From NCBI GenBank assembly GCA_036172245.1, contig JAYWIR010000033.1, forward strand, positions 496,001 through 560,000: DNA of 64,000 nucleotides. Direction: 5' to 3'. The position numbers and the translations under genes are program-made. A model generated the notes under the pieces. It searched no databases and had not been told where the DNA came from. It saw nothing but the letters and a program-made list of their open reading frames with translations. Source of the stretch: Raillietiella orientalis (Eukaryota). Positions within the stretch are counted from its first letter, which is position 1. Every line of letters starts with the position of its first letter. This document shows positions 24,805-35,324 of this stretch, in pieces.

Positions 24805-27800
24805 ATTTTCCCCAAGCCCCACGAGGGGTGAGGTGAATTTATTTTTCTAAAATTTTTCTATAAGAACATTCACACTACAATCTCATCCATACCATTGGCA
24901 CTTTTTTACCACTATGAAGTCCTAGGTTCTCACAAGTTCTGCACTCATGGTGGGTTTCCTGCTGTTTGGTTCCGGGCGTCGTCTTCTATCCTCTTCAGGA
25001 TGAATCGGTACGTCCAGGCTTGAATTTTCCCACAGTTTCTAATGCCGATTTCCCTCTTCAGGAGCCCTTGTAGGATCTCCATCGGTGGTGCGGCTCTTCT
25101 GGCTTTCCTCATTTTCCACCACCGCACAAGTATGGCGGTGATGAAGAGGGCGATGGTCGTCCTCACCATGGGATTGTAACAGGGAACATTACCATCCCCC
25201 TGAAACATCCCGGCGAGGATCTCCATTACGGACCTGGTGGTGAGTCCGATGATCCTTTTCAGGATCAGCCAGTCATGCAGCGATGTGGGACACGTCAAGA
25301 CGTCAAGTCTCGTGTCGATGTCTCCACATGCTGTGCAGTCTCGATCTTCCCTTCTTCCGGTGTAGTGCTGCAATAGGGACCCACTCTGAATTCCTCCATG
25401 ATAAAACATCAGGAGGTCATCCTGGGTGCCCGGCGGAAGGTCACTCCTCCAGAGCGACGTGCCAATCGCTAACAGGTTGATCCGGTCACTCCCGTAGCGA
25501 ACGGCGGCTTCCTGGAGGGCACTAATATCACTGTGTTCTTCTTGAATTAGTCTTCGGAGGTTTGTTCTGGTTACCCTGGACCACGCAAAGTCGTTGTGAT
25601 TGAACCACACCTCGCGGGTCATGTGGGCAAGCCTTCCAAACATTATCTCTCTATACCTCAGTATACAAGTGTGATGTAGGTACCCTCCTCGTTTCCACTC
25701 CTGGATTCGTTGAAGGGTAACTCTGGACCGCTGGTGGATCCAGCTTCTCGTGTCCGGCGGGACAGGAAGCATCCAAGGGATCACCAGGATGGACTCGTCC
25801 TGCCAGAGTTCCCTACTTCTCGGCACGATCTTGATTTTGTGCTTTCGCACCGGCCGTTGCTTTTTCGTCCAGGTTGGGTCGATTTTTTTCCATTCGCCTG
25901 CCCGGCCTAGCAGCGCAGTTATCAGGCCTTTCGAGTTGTTCAACAACAACGCGTAGGCCCTGTGCGCCGCATACGGCCAGTCATCCCAGTGAGTGGCAAT
26001 GTCGAGGATGTGTCGCGTATCCACGATTTCTATGGAGTGTGCAAACGACTTCATCCCGGAACCGCCTTCTTCCCTGGGACGACACAGGGGTTTTAGTCGG
26101 ACTCTTGGGCGATAGTGGCCCCACAGTGTTTTTCTCTGCAGCTTGTCGAACTCCTTCGTGGTTTCCTTGTTCATCCTCGCGAAGGCCGCCCCGAAGAGCA
26201 CTTTTGGAAGGAGTACTCCGTTCCATATGTTGGCGTTTCGCTTCATTCGAAGGTCCGTTCGGGTGTACTTGGCTGCTTCCTTGGCCGTTTTCCCTAGGAT
26301 CTCGGTCCACAATAGCTTCGACGCGGAGACGTCGCCAATGTAGACACCCAGGTACTTGGCCTTGTCCACCGTTCGGAATCCTCTCTTCGCAAGAGTGGAG
26401 AGATCGAGGATTCCAACGGGCAAGAGCTGGCTTTTCTGGGCGTTGATCTTTAGCCCGAGTCCTTGATCCATCAGGTCTACCACATCCAGAAACTCTCGTT
26501 GATTTCTCTCTCCCTTGATAAAGAAGAGTAGATCATCAGCGTATGCCAGATGGGTAAGACCCTGGCCATCGATTGTTATGGCTTGCAGTCGTCCGCTCTT
26601 CTCGATAAAAGACGACAACGCCTCCATGTAGATGACGAACAGCATCGGACTTAGCGAATCGCCCTGCCGGACTCCCCGTATCATCCGGATTGCTGCCGTC
26701 GCCTGGCCGTTGATTTTGATTCGGCAGTACTTGTTCTGGAGTACCACCCTCACCATGTTGCTGAAGTGTTCCGGAATTCCTAGCTTCTCCAGAACCATCA
26801 GCAGCATCCCATGGTCGATGGAGTCGAAGGCCTTCTCCATGTCAGTGAACACCAGCGCCAGATTCTCGCCGACGTATCGGCTGAGTCCGACGGTGGCCTG
26901 GGCACACTTGACATTGTCCGACATGTGACGTCCAGGGACTGCACACGTTTGGACCGGAGAGATGAACGTCGACGTGACCTTGCCGAAGCGGTTGGACCAG
27001 ATCTTCGCCAACCACTTGGCATCGGAGTTCAGGATCGGGATTGGCCTCCATTGAGCGACCTGCGTGAGGTCGCCTCCTTTTGGCAACAATCTCATCCGAC
27101 TCTCGTAGAAGAACTGTGGAAGTCTTTCTTCTTCGCGGATGCAGAGGGTCAACTGGTGGAACAAACGCAAGTACCGCTGAAAGTGAGTGATGGGTACGCT
27201 GTTAGGGCCCGCTGCCACGTCCTTGCGTAGTTGACCAAACGCAGTCTTCACCTCGTCTTCGGAGAATTCCTCCTCCAGTCTTTTCCGCTGGAGATCGTCG
27301 GTCCTTTTCTCGAGGTAGCTCAGAAAGGCCTGTTGACTAGAGCGACAGAGATGTTGTCGCCTAAAGTGTTTCGTGTGATGCCTTTGAAAGGCGTCCACGA
27401 TATCCTCAGACGACTGTGGCTTTTGACCGTCGTACTGGATGCAGAAGATATCTGTTGCCAGATTTCTTTTCTCCAGCACGCCGACTTCCCGTGTTAGGTT
27501 CTTCAAGACGTACCGACTCTCGCACTGATCGAAGTACTTTGAGAGTGAGCGATCTTGGATGTTCAGCTCCCGGTCCGCCTCCTGCCTCAAGCGCCTATTT
27601 CCAAACTGCATGTTTGCAAACATGTGTATCCTGTGTTTCAGGCTGTCCCAGTCGGCGACTCTCCGGATTGTTGTTGCCTTCAGAATCGTCCCCAGGACAG
27701 CCTGATGTCCGGGATGGGTTTCGAACCAGGCGGGCATGCTGATGAGCGCCGCCCTGGTGCCTTACCTCCGCCGAGGATTCTCCCTTCTTAGGGAAAACCG

Positions 27801-28032
27801 CAGCAGGGGGTGATCGGACACCGTGGACATAATGTCTCGAAAACCCTGGATGCGATTCCCAAGTTTGGTGCTGTGCAGGACGTGATCGATCGGCTTGTGA
27901 CCTGCAGTTCGCCACACCAATCCGAACTCGTCGGATAACCGCCGATACGCCGTCCTTGCTCTGGCGTCTTCGGAGTGAGTGATCTTATTCAATATGTTGA
28001 GGTCGCCAGCAACAATCTCGACGTCCTTGGAA
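24805..28032 (-). mobile_element. Family A LINE, 3' portion (EN truncated, RT, C-terminus, 3' UTR)
   Basis: Reverse complement of 37682..40909. Confidence 0.94.
24945..27737 (-). CDS. Longest open part of family A ORF2 (930 aa): linker, non-LTR reverse transcriptase, C-terminal Cys motif; lacks most of EN
   Basis: WRPIPILNSDAK, DMEKAFD, GVRQGDSLSPMLF, YADD, YLG, PREEGG and CTAC motifs. Confidence 0.9.
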   Translation of the reverse strand: MPAWFETHPGHQAVLGTILKATTIRRVADWDSLKHRIHMFANMQFGNRRLRQEADRELNIQDRSLSKYFDQCESRYVLKNLTREVGVLEKRNLATDIFCIQYDGQKPQSSEDIVDAFQRHHTKHFRRQHLCRSSQQAFLSYLEKRTDDLQRKRLEEEFSEDEVKTAFGQLRKDVAAGPNSVPITHFQRYLRLFHQLTLCIREEERLPQFFYESRMRLLPKGGDLTQVAQWRPIPILNSDAKWLAKIWSNRFGKVTSTFISPVQTCAVPGRHMSDNVKCAQATVGLSRYVGENLALVFTDMEKAFDSIDHGMLLMVLEKLGIPEHFSNMVRVVLQNKYCRIKINGQATAAIRMIRGVRQGDSLSPMLFVIYMEALSSFIEKSGRLQAITIDGQGLTHLAYADDLLFFIKGERNQREFLDVVDLMDQGLGLKINAQKSQLLPVGILDLSTLAKRGFRTVDKAKYLGVYIGDVSASKLLWTEILGKTAKEAAKYTRTDLRMKRNANIWNGVLLPKVLFGAAFARMNKETTKEFDKLQRKTLWGHYRPRVRLKPLCRPREEGGSGMKSFAHSIEIVDTRHILDIATHWDDWPYAAHRAYALLLNNSKGLITALLGRAGEWKKIDPTWTKKQRPVRKHKIKIVPRSRELWQDESILVIPWMLPVPPDTRSWIHQRSRVTLQRIQEWKRGGYLHHTCILRYREIMFGRLAHMTREVWFNHNDFAWSRVTRTNLRRLIQEEHSDISALQEAAVRYGSDRINLLAIGTSLWRSDLPPGTQDDLLMFYHGGIQSGSLLQHYTGRREDRDCTACGDIDTRLDVLTCPTSLHDWLILKRIIGLTTRSVMEILAGMFQGDGNVPCYNPMVRTTIALFITAILVRWWKMRKARRAAPPMEILQGLLKREIGIRNCGKIQAWTYRFILKRIEDDARNQTAGNPP

Positions 28033-29180
28033 AATTCAGCTGTCGGCTTATGCGCACGCAGCGGAAAGCATTTTGTAGAGTTGAACCGCGTATGTGTAGA
28101 ATTCACTAAACAGCAGCTACGAACTTTTATCACGTTCAATAAACGCCTTATATTCCCGTTCACTTTGGACAACGATATTTGGTGACCTAACCGCATCGAT
28201 ACTCCGCATGAAGAAACCCGCTGTGCAGAGTAAACTTGCAAAATTGGACAGGGTCTATTCGGAATGAGAGACACCCTACGTTTTTCCTCGTTGCATAGCT
28301 ATTTAGCAAGTTTTGAGCTGCGCGCGTAACGGTCCGCGAGGACAGTGGGCTGTCGTGGAAGGCTTGCTGCCACATAAAACGCAGAAAAAAATCCTGAAGG
28401 CGTGGACAACTCGGTAACAAGAAGACTCTGCAACTCCGAGTATCCGAACTGAGGGACTCATGCACTGGGCCTGCTGGGTAGGAGCTGCGCGCAATACCTT
28501 CAAAGTAAGGTGAAGTGGTATTCAGAGCGTAGGCACAATTGCATTCTATCCTTAGAGTGGCAAAAGAATGAGTTGATTGTGTTGCATTTGGGACTCCTTT
28601 GCAGAGCTCACCTTTCTTACTGGACTCGCGAACGTGTGAATGCCAGTTGTGCAGACTCTGGTGAAAAAAAAATTCCTTCCCGCACCTTCTAATCGAGTGT
28701 GCAACGCTCCTTCCAATGTGCAATCGGGCGTTGTCAAAAGTGTTCATTCCAGTTGGCCATAGAAAGAGCATTCCGCGTCGCTCCCTGCTCCAAGACGCCT
28801 TGCCAGCAGTCGCGTGTATGGCAGTTCTCTGTTTCGTGCGCGGAATCCTGGACAAGTGGCTTGCATTGATGATCGTCTGCAACAACGGGAATGCCATTCC
28901 ATGGAAATAAACTCCCGATGACACTGGTTTTAAACTCTAGCACCTGTACTTGAGCGCGTCTTGAACGCAGGACAGCTAATGCAGAACACCATCCGTGGCG
29001 AACAGTGTTCACTTCCCTTCCCTCATCGAAGAACACCGCTCTCTTAGTTTTCTTTGTTTTTTATGTTTTATTTGTGGGTTTTGTATTCAAGGATTTTGTA
29101 TTTAGCAAGGCGACCTGCGTCAGGTGTCCTGGAATGGAAACGATTGTTTAGGTACGCTTCATTCCTTAATGCTTCTCCAA
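28033..29180 (+). mobile_element. Decayed family B 3' end
   Basis: HLLIECATL..; LPAVACMAVLCFVRGILDKW (ORF 28716..28910); T-rich UTR at 29045-29100. Confidence 0.65.
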
Positions 29181-29199
29181 ACGTATATTGAGCGAATGC

Positions 29200-29580
29200 G
29201 TCTGCACCGCTCTACAGAGCAAAAATTGTGTCTGGGAACTTCTGTTTAGGTGTGTGTACGTTCATAGTGTTGCCTATGTCCCATGAGAGCGATGCCTGTG
29301 GACAACGCGATCGAAATTAGAGTAGGGAAGGCGAATCTTCGCTGCGTGTGGAGGATGTGCAAGCGACCGTTCCTATGGAATGCTCTCCTCTGGAGCTTCG
29401 TGCTATTTGAGGTAGCCATAGCAGAAGCCACCGCCTATAAGGCAACAAGCTGCATGTGCAGAATTATACACAAGGAAGGTGGCAAGTTCATGGAGACACC
29501 TTACGCGCGTTCGCCAATGAAGTACCAAGATTTGAAGTTAAGGATAACTTTCAAGATCTCATCGTGCAGCGTGGGGGTTT
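29200..29580 (+). pseudogene. Decayed family B ORF1 N-terminus
   Basis: MPVDNAIEIRVGKAN and AEATAYKA resemble VPEDTAMDVVVGEAS and AEEAAYRV at 32.5 kb. Confidence 0.6.
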
Positions 29581-30910
29581 TTGCACTCGTGTGAGCCGTG
29601 GCTTTTATTATTGAAAATTTTTACAATGAGAATCTCATAAAAAAGTCTTCTTAGCTTGTCAAGGAAAGTATTTATTTTTCTAATTGATTCCTTTCAAAGT
29701 CGGAACACATGATTCGACTGTCTTGAAGAACTTGACCATACCGGACCGTAGGCAGATGAGGTCCTTCACACCGGCGCAAGGACGGAAAAAACAAAAATAA
29801 AGCAACAAAAAAGAAAAAAAGGATAACGCCCAAGGAAGACAATGTTCTTTAAGAAAGGGGGGGTAAGGGAGGGGATCACGATACATCCTGAGTAGGCCTC
29901 TGCAGCAGGTTGCAGAGTCCTTCAGTCCTGGATACACGTGTGACGAGAAGCTGATACTGCTGGCAGAACTCTCGGACTAAGACCTTCAAATGGTCCCAGT
30001 CATGGAGACTCTGGAGCGTGACACTTCTGAGGAATTCGCGAAGGTGCTCCTTCGCACCTGAGAGTCGCGTCCAGTACCACGGCAGACGCCACTACCTGAA
30101 TGGCGGTCCCTTGTCGCAAGGCCACACCTCGAAAATTAGCCGGGAATGCTCCGACAGCGACGAAGCGAGCTCCCCCCGTTTGTCGACCCATGAACACAGG
30201 TCTGCGTCGAGGAAGACGTGATCAATGCTGCGGACCATTCCTTCTCACTCGTGAACAAGCTGAGCGCACGCATGGCGCTGCACAACTGGTTCATCGCGTT
30301 CTCCTGTATTGCCGGCTCACCTGTTAGCAGACGGACATTGAAATCATCCGCTATCAGGTGAGCCTTTCGCACATTTATGTTCGCCAACCAATCGCGCTTC
30401 AGGGTTTCCAGCAACCTGTTACGGTCGTTGTAGCCCTGTTTGCCGCTGGGGGCATGCAGGTTTGTGAAGATCAGCTCGATCGAATCAGACCACCTGAGTA
30501 TCAGCTAACCGACCCGACCGTCGTCATGAAAGCGTACGACCTTCACGGCAGTCTCGATGGGTGGCTTGACGAAGAACGCGAACCCGTAGGTGTTGCGGAG
30601 GCCGCAAGTTTCTCGGTGCGACCGCGACTCCGCGCGTCACACCGAGAAAATTGAGTTTTTCGAGAGACTGCGCGACCGCTGGCTCAGCAACTCCTGCCCT
30701 GACGTGGCTCACCTCGTAGCCGGGGACTTCAACGTCCACGCGCTATCGGTGGAGTCTCACCGTCGCCCGGAGAAATGGCTGGTGAACGAGGTGTGCGCGT
30801 CCGTGCAAGCCTTGAATTTGCTGGCCGACGATCCCGGTATGCGTGCTTTGCCGGACAATGCGTTCTTCGACGATCACCTGCATTGTCGAATGGGTCGTTT
30901 CCTGCAGCCA
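29581..30910. mobile_element. Mosaic of family B pieces: minus 3' end (29581-29950), minus EN (29950-30620), plus EN fragment (30625-30910)
   Basis: AHLIADDFNV in ORF 30136..30414; AHLVAGDFNV in 30590..31036; A-rich reverse UTR at 29785-29820. Confidence 0.7.
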
Positions 30911-32181
30911 TGCAGGTATGTTAACGGGGCGACAGCAGAGCCATCCTGCGTTCTTCCTCATCAGGTCAGCCACTCTCCGCAGCTGCAACCCGCACTGACC
31001 GACTTGGTGGCGACGACGAAGCGCAAGGATGGATGACGGTCCCACCTTGCCTGCAGCCTTTTCGACGAATAGACGTGCGGGCTCGCACCACCTGCTCTTT
31101 CAATATTTCGCCACTAGGGCGAGCAACCGAAAGTGGAGCTGGAGCTCTAGCCGCTCTAGCGTCAGGAGGCCGAGACCGCCGTTTCGACGCGGAGCGCTCA
31201 AGTCCTCAAACCGGACTCGGGCCCTCTGATCACCTCACAGGGCAATCCTTAGGAGGTCCTTTGTCCGCTTTTTAGTCTTTGGAGTGGAGGGAAAAACAAA
31301 AACCAGGTAACGGAGGAGGGGAACCGCGAACGCGTTTCACACCGCGGCCCGTTCCGGCAGGAATAACCTGCGGTCTTGGAACGGGACGAACGCCGTCTCT
31401 ACCTTTTGAAGGCAGCTGGACCACGCATCCGAAGGAAGATAATCACCCATCGGTACACCGAGGTACTTGAAGTACTGTACCGTGGGGTTCCTCAAGCGGA
31501 ACCAGTCCGGCTTCCCTGCCCACGCCGCACCGATTGGCATGACGGACGACTTCGCCCTGTTCACCTAAAGCCCGGTTCCCCGACTTGGAAGGTCGAACAA
31601 CTCCTCGACCGCCGATGCCGAAATGGACATAGGGAGCAGCAGCAGAAGGTCGTCCGCATATGCTGACACCGCAGGCGTACCGGGATAGGTGTGCTAGAGT
31701 TTCCCTGTACGCTCTCAGTACCAACTCGAAGTAGGTACTCAAGAGCAAGGGAATCAGGCCGTCTCCCTGCCGTATGCCGTGTCGCACCGATACGCCGTGC
31801 ACGGTCTACCCGCTCAAAAAGATCTGGATAAGCGCGTCGCGCCAGCAGGATCGCAGGTACGTCAGCAAAGAGACCGGGAAGTCCAAGCGTTCCAGGAGCT
31901 CCAGGAGAAGCCTCTGGACGAGACAGTCAAATGCTTCATGCAAATCGACTGCGACTGCGAGGGCTTCCTCCCCCACAACAAAATCCCGTTTCCTAGAGGC
32001 GGACATTCCGGAAGTCCAGTTGCCCATCCTGACCCTTTCCATTTAGAGCGCGAAAAAGGTGCTGGGGAAAAACAGATTGGCATCCATGCTCCGCCCGGGA
32101 ACAGCATATGTCTGCTTCGGGCGGATGAAGGTTTCCACTAACTACCCCAGGCGTTCAGCCCACAATTTCGCCCAGAATTTT
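30910..32181 (-). mobile_element. Family B RT 3' half; proposed continuation of the outer host broken at 63423
   Basis: Begins AKLWAERLG..QTYAVPGRSMDANL, directly after the DAK motif, then VDLHEAFD and GIRQGDG. Confidence 0.78.
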
Positions 32182-32380
32182 CAATTTTTTTCCTTTCTTA
32201 TTCTATTGTATTTTTCTTTTCTCACTCATCCCCTTCCTCTGCCGATGAGAGCTACACCGGGCTGCGTTCCGGTGTCCCGGCAGGTCCGGTATTGCGTGGC
32301 CGTCAGTGGGGCCTTGTACTACGTTCTTGAATGACGGAAGAAATGCTTTTTAGTAAACGTCTTGGCGTATTAGAGTGACA
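32182..32380 (+). mobile_element. 5'-truncated family B 3' UTR
   Basis: Homologous to 63240-63420; ends AGTAAACGTCTTGGCGTATTAGAGTGACA. Confidence 0.75.
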
Positions 32381-32429
32381 TCGCCAACCCCTCGTTATGT
32401 GTTGAGCCTTCGCCGAAAGTCGGTGTGGG

Positions 32430-34429
32430 TGGACGTGTTTTTTGGTCGCTCCGCCAGTGCTTGTCTAAGAAGCAACCGGAGTTTTTTGTGTAGTTAGGTG
32501 TCAAGTGTGGATCATCGGTGTCCGATGACAGCCGTGCCAGAGGACACCGCGATGGATGTAGTTGTGGGGGAGGCAAGTCCTACCACAAGACCTACAGCTA
32601 TGGGGGCAATAGTCCCTGGAACGTCTTCGCAGCCGGCGAAGACTTGGAGTAAAATGGTCGCCGCCACCAGTGCGGAGGCCATGGCCGAGGAAGCCGCCTA
32701 TCGGGTCTCTGAATACAAGTTATCGCTTGTATACAAGGCAGGCCCTTTGTTTGAAGGAAACACGGCGCGCTCTTTCAGCAGAGCGCTTCAAAATGCTAAT
32801 GACCGTGAGGAAGATCTGGAAGGTCTGTGCGTGCTCAGCGGGTTGAGCTGGTGTGCAAGAGCATCAGCCTAGTCGATCGCCTTATTAATACCCCGCTGAT
32901 CATGGACGGCCGTGAGATCTTCCCGGTGTCAATGGACCACTCGGTAGAGGTCCACTTGACAGGAATATCCAAGCGCATGACGCGCACTGCCGTGAAAGCA
33001 GAATTCAGTAAGTACGGGGACGTACACGCGCTGTGGCCGAAGTTCACAATCTTTGAGGGCTACGGACGCCACTTCGTATGCCTCGCCACGGCACGCGTAA
33101 CCCCCAAAAACGAAGCGAAGCTACCCCACAAACTCGAGATCGCAAGAGAACCGGTAGACCTCTGGTATGCGGGCAAGCCACGGTATTGCGGCTACTGCGA
33201 TGCGGTCGGACACATCCGTAAGAGGTGCCTAAACATCGTATGCTACTTGTGCGGAAAGAAGGGACTAGTCCGTCCCGTGTGCCCTAAACGCCCCACCTTA
33301 ATTTCCTCGGCTGCCAAAAAGGCGCAAGGGAAACGCGCAAGGAAAGAAAAAATAGAAAACCGTGAAACTGGCCGAGAAAAGCTGCCAATAATTCAAGCTC
33401 CAAGCGCGGCATCTGAGAAAAATCTTCCCGAAACCGCAGAGGGTGAACAGGGCTGGCAGCTAGTCAAAGCCAAAAAAGAAAAAAAGGAGAAGCATGTCCC
33501 AAAGAAAGGAGAGAAGGCGGCGGCCGGAACAAAAGCCCAATCCGTGTCGCGGGTAAAAACTCTCCGGGAATGCACGGTTACGCTGGCGCGCATTGACGTT
33601 CCCGCCGACACCACCGGAGGCGATACGGCTTCGATCGATTTTCCCGCCGCGACGAATGCGCGCGAAAACCCAGCCCCTGCTTGCGAAGAGGGTCAGCCGG
33701 ACGACAAAATCGCCAAAACCAAGAAGGCAGCCTTCGAGAAGGCCGCCGAAGAGTTTGCGGCAACGCTTGCCGAACGCGAGAACCCTTCGCGAAAGGGGTT
33801 GCGTAGGCCGGCAGCGGCTAAAGTGGCCCCCGCAGGTGAGTCGGACCGGGAGGCAGGAAGTGCATCCTCCTCTGCGGAAGCATCACCAAGGTAAGCGGGG
33901 CGAAAATCCCAGAAACCCCGAAGGTGCATTCCGCCTCCGCGCGAGGGGGATGCAATGGTGGAGGAACCAGTGGATGGCAGCGTGGGAGCCCAAGTCGGGC
34001 ATCACCCACGTGCGGAAGCCGACGAGGAGGCGACTCCGAAGGAGGAGGGTAACCAGGGGTCAGCAATGCCCTCTGAAACCGCCGAACTTGAACCACCCGC
34101 ACCAATGGATGTGGGCCAACAGGTACGAACAACACCCCCTTCGCACGCGCAGCCGGAGACGTCGGCACGTAAGAAGGATGGGGAGTTGGTGGGCAAGACG
34201 CCAGCCCCGTCCAGCGACCCGCCCCAAAAGGTGGCGGGCGCAACACCGCCAGGTTCCTAGGAATAACACCTGGACTCGCCTGTCGCCGTCGGATCCGCGC
34301 GGTCTGTTGTAATGTCAACGGGCTGCGCGACGACAGACACAGAAGGGACACAGCCGCCACCTAGCGAGATTTCGACCTGGTGCTTTTGCAGGAGATCCAC
34401 GTGATCACTGCAAAAGACGCACAGGAGAT
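32430..34429 (+). mobile_element. Level-1 family B host, segment 1: 5' UTR, ORF1 (about 32525-34266, disrupted), EN start up to AQE|
   Basis: GGACGTGTTTT 5' motif; ORF 32827..33894 with CGYCDAVGHIRKRC and CYLCGKKG; then NVNG..LLQEIHVITAKDAQEI. Confidence 0.88.
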
Positions 34430-35324
34430 TTCTCACCCGGTCACGCCGGGGCGTTTATTTCATATAAATACAATAGAAATAAATATATAAAAAAAAACAG
34501 TTAGGGACCACGTTCCCAACCGACGACGGCACAAGTATCAGGAGAATATTGCTGGTACGCAGGCCAGAATTACACAAAACGGTTTGTGGAAACTGAAAAA
34601 ACAAAAACAAATACAAAATAAAAAGAAATTAACGGGGGACGCGGGGCAAGGGTCTTTGGGATCGCTTTGGTTCTCTCCGGTATCATAGTAATGGCACCGG
34701 TATTTTAGCAGAGCGAGCGGGAAAGGGGTATGAATGAGCTTCAGGACGTAGTGGTCACCGGATTGAGCCGTTCCAAAAAGTCTGTAAACCGGCGGTAGAT
34801 GCCGGTAATGTCCTCTTTGACCTCGTAACGAAGATGAGACCACCATGCAGCGTTTTTCATAGATTCTGCTGCAAACCGGTGAGCCTCCCTTCGCTGCGCT
34901 GACAACTCCAGGGCGTAGCGGGCCTTCAAGATGGCGTGAATGCAACACATGGTTGCATCTGTCCGATCACACCGAAATCGTCTTATCGTTGCTCAAAGAG
35001 GTGTAATTGCTAGCGTTGACGCCGCTTTTTCCTGGGAGGAAGAACCCTACGCGCGTGTTTTCCAGTTCATGCAGCTGCTCTTTGCCTTTGAAGAAGAAAC
35101 GAATAGAGGTTGCGAAGCGTTCTCAAGAGATTGTTCTTTTCTCGACTCCACGACCTGCCATTCCTCGTCACGATATTTACGCGCTTCCGCGACTTTCGTC
35201 TCGAAAACCTCCGGAGTTTTCGCTACCGCCTCTAGGGGCGTCGCTTTCGCCACGTTTTAAAAGGACGCAACGGAGTAACCTTCTTGGCAGTCGGGAGATT
35301 GCTCCTCTCCTGCCGAGTCGGTGA

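Larger units (their letters stand above)
21542..28032. repeat. Left arm of a 6.5-kb inverted duplication (partner 37682..44172)
   Basis: Matching ORF ends all sum to 65714 (24945+40769, 23293+42421, 22531+43183, 21930+43784), indicating no net indel between arms. Confidence 0.96.

Noticed and set aside
24207..24836. Long Arg/Pro/Ala-rich ORFs in alternative frames and on the opposite strand (also 33.6-34.4, 40.9-41.5, 49.6-50.4 and 52.5-53.2 kb)
   Set aside because: Shadow ORFs expected in GC-rich repetitive coding DNA; no independent motifs.
24945..27737. Bacterial retron, group II intron or DGR reverse transcriptase
   Set aside because: The RT lies downstream of an APE endonuclease and a zinc-knuckle ORF1, which is eukaryotic non-LTR architecture.
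32410..32426. CGCCGAAAGTCGGTG resembling the family A target
   Set aside because: Requires a 2-nt gap and has no adjacent family A sequence; probably coincidental.
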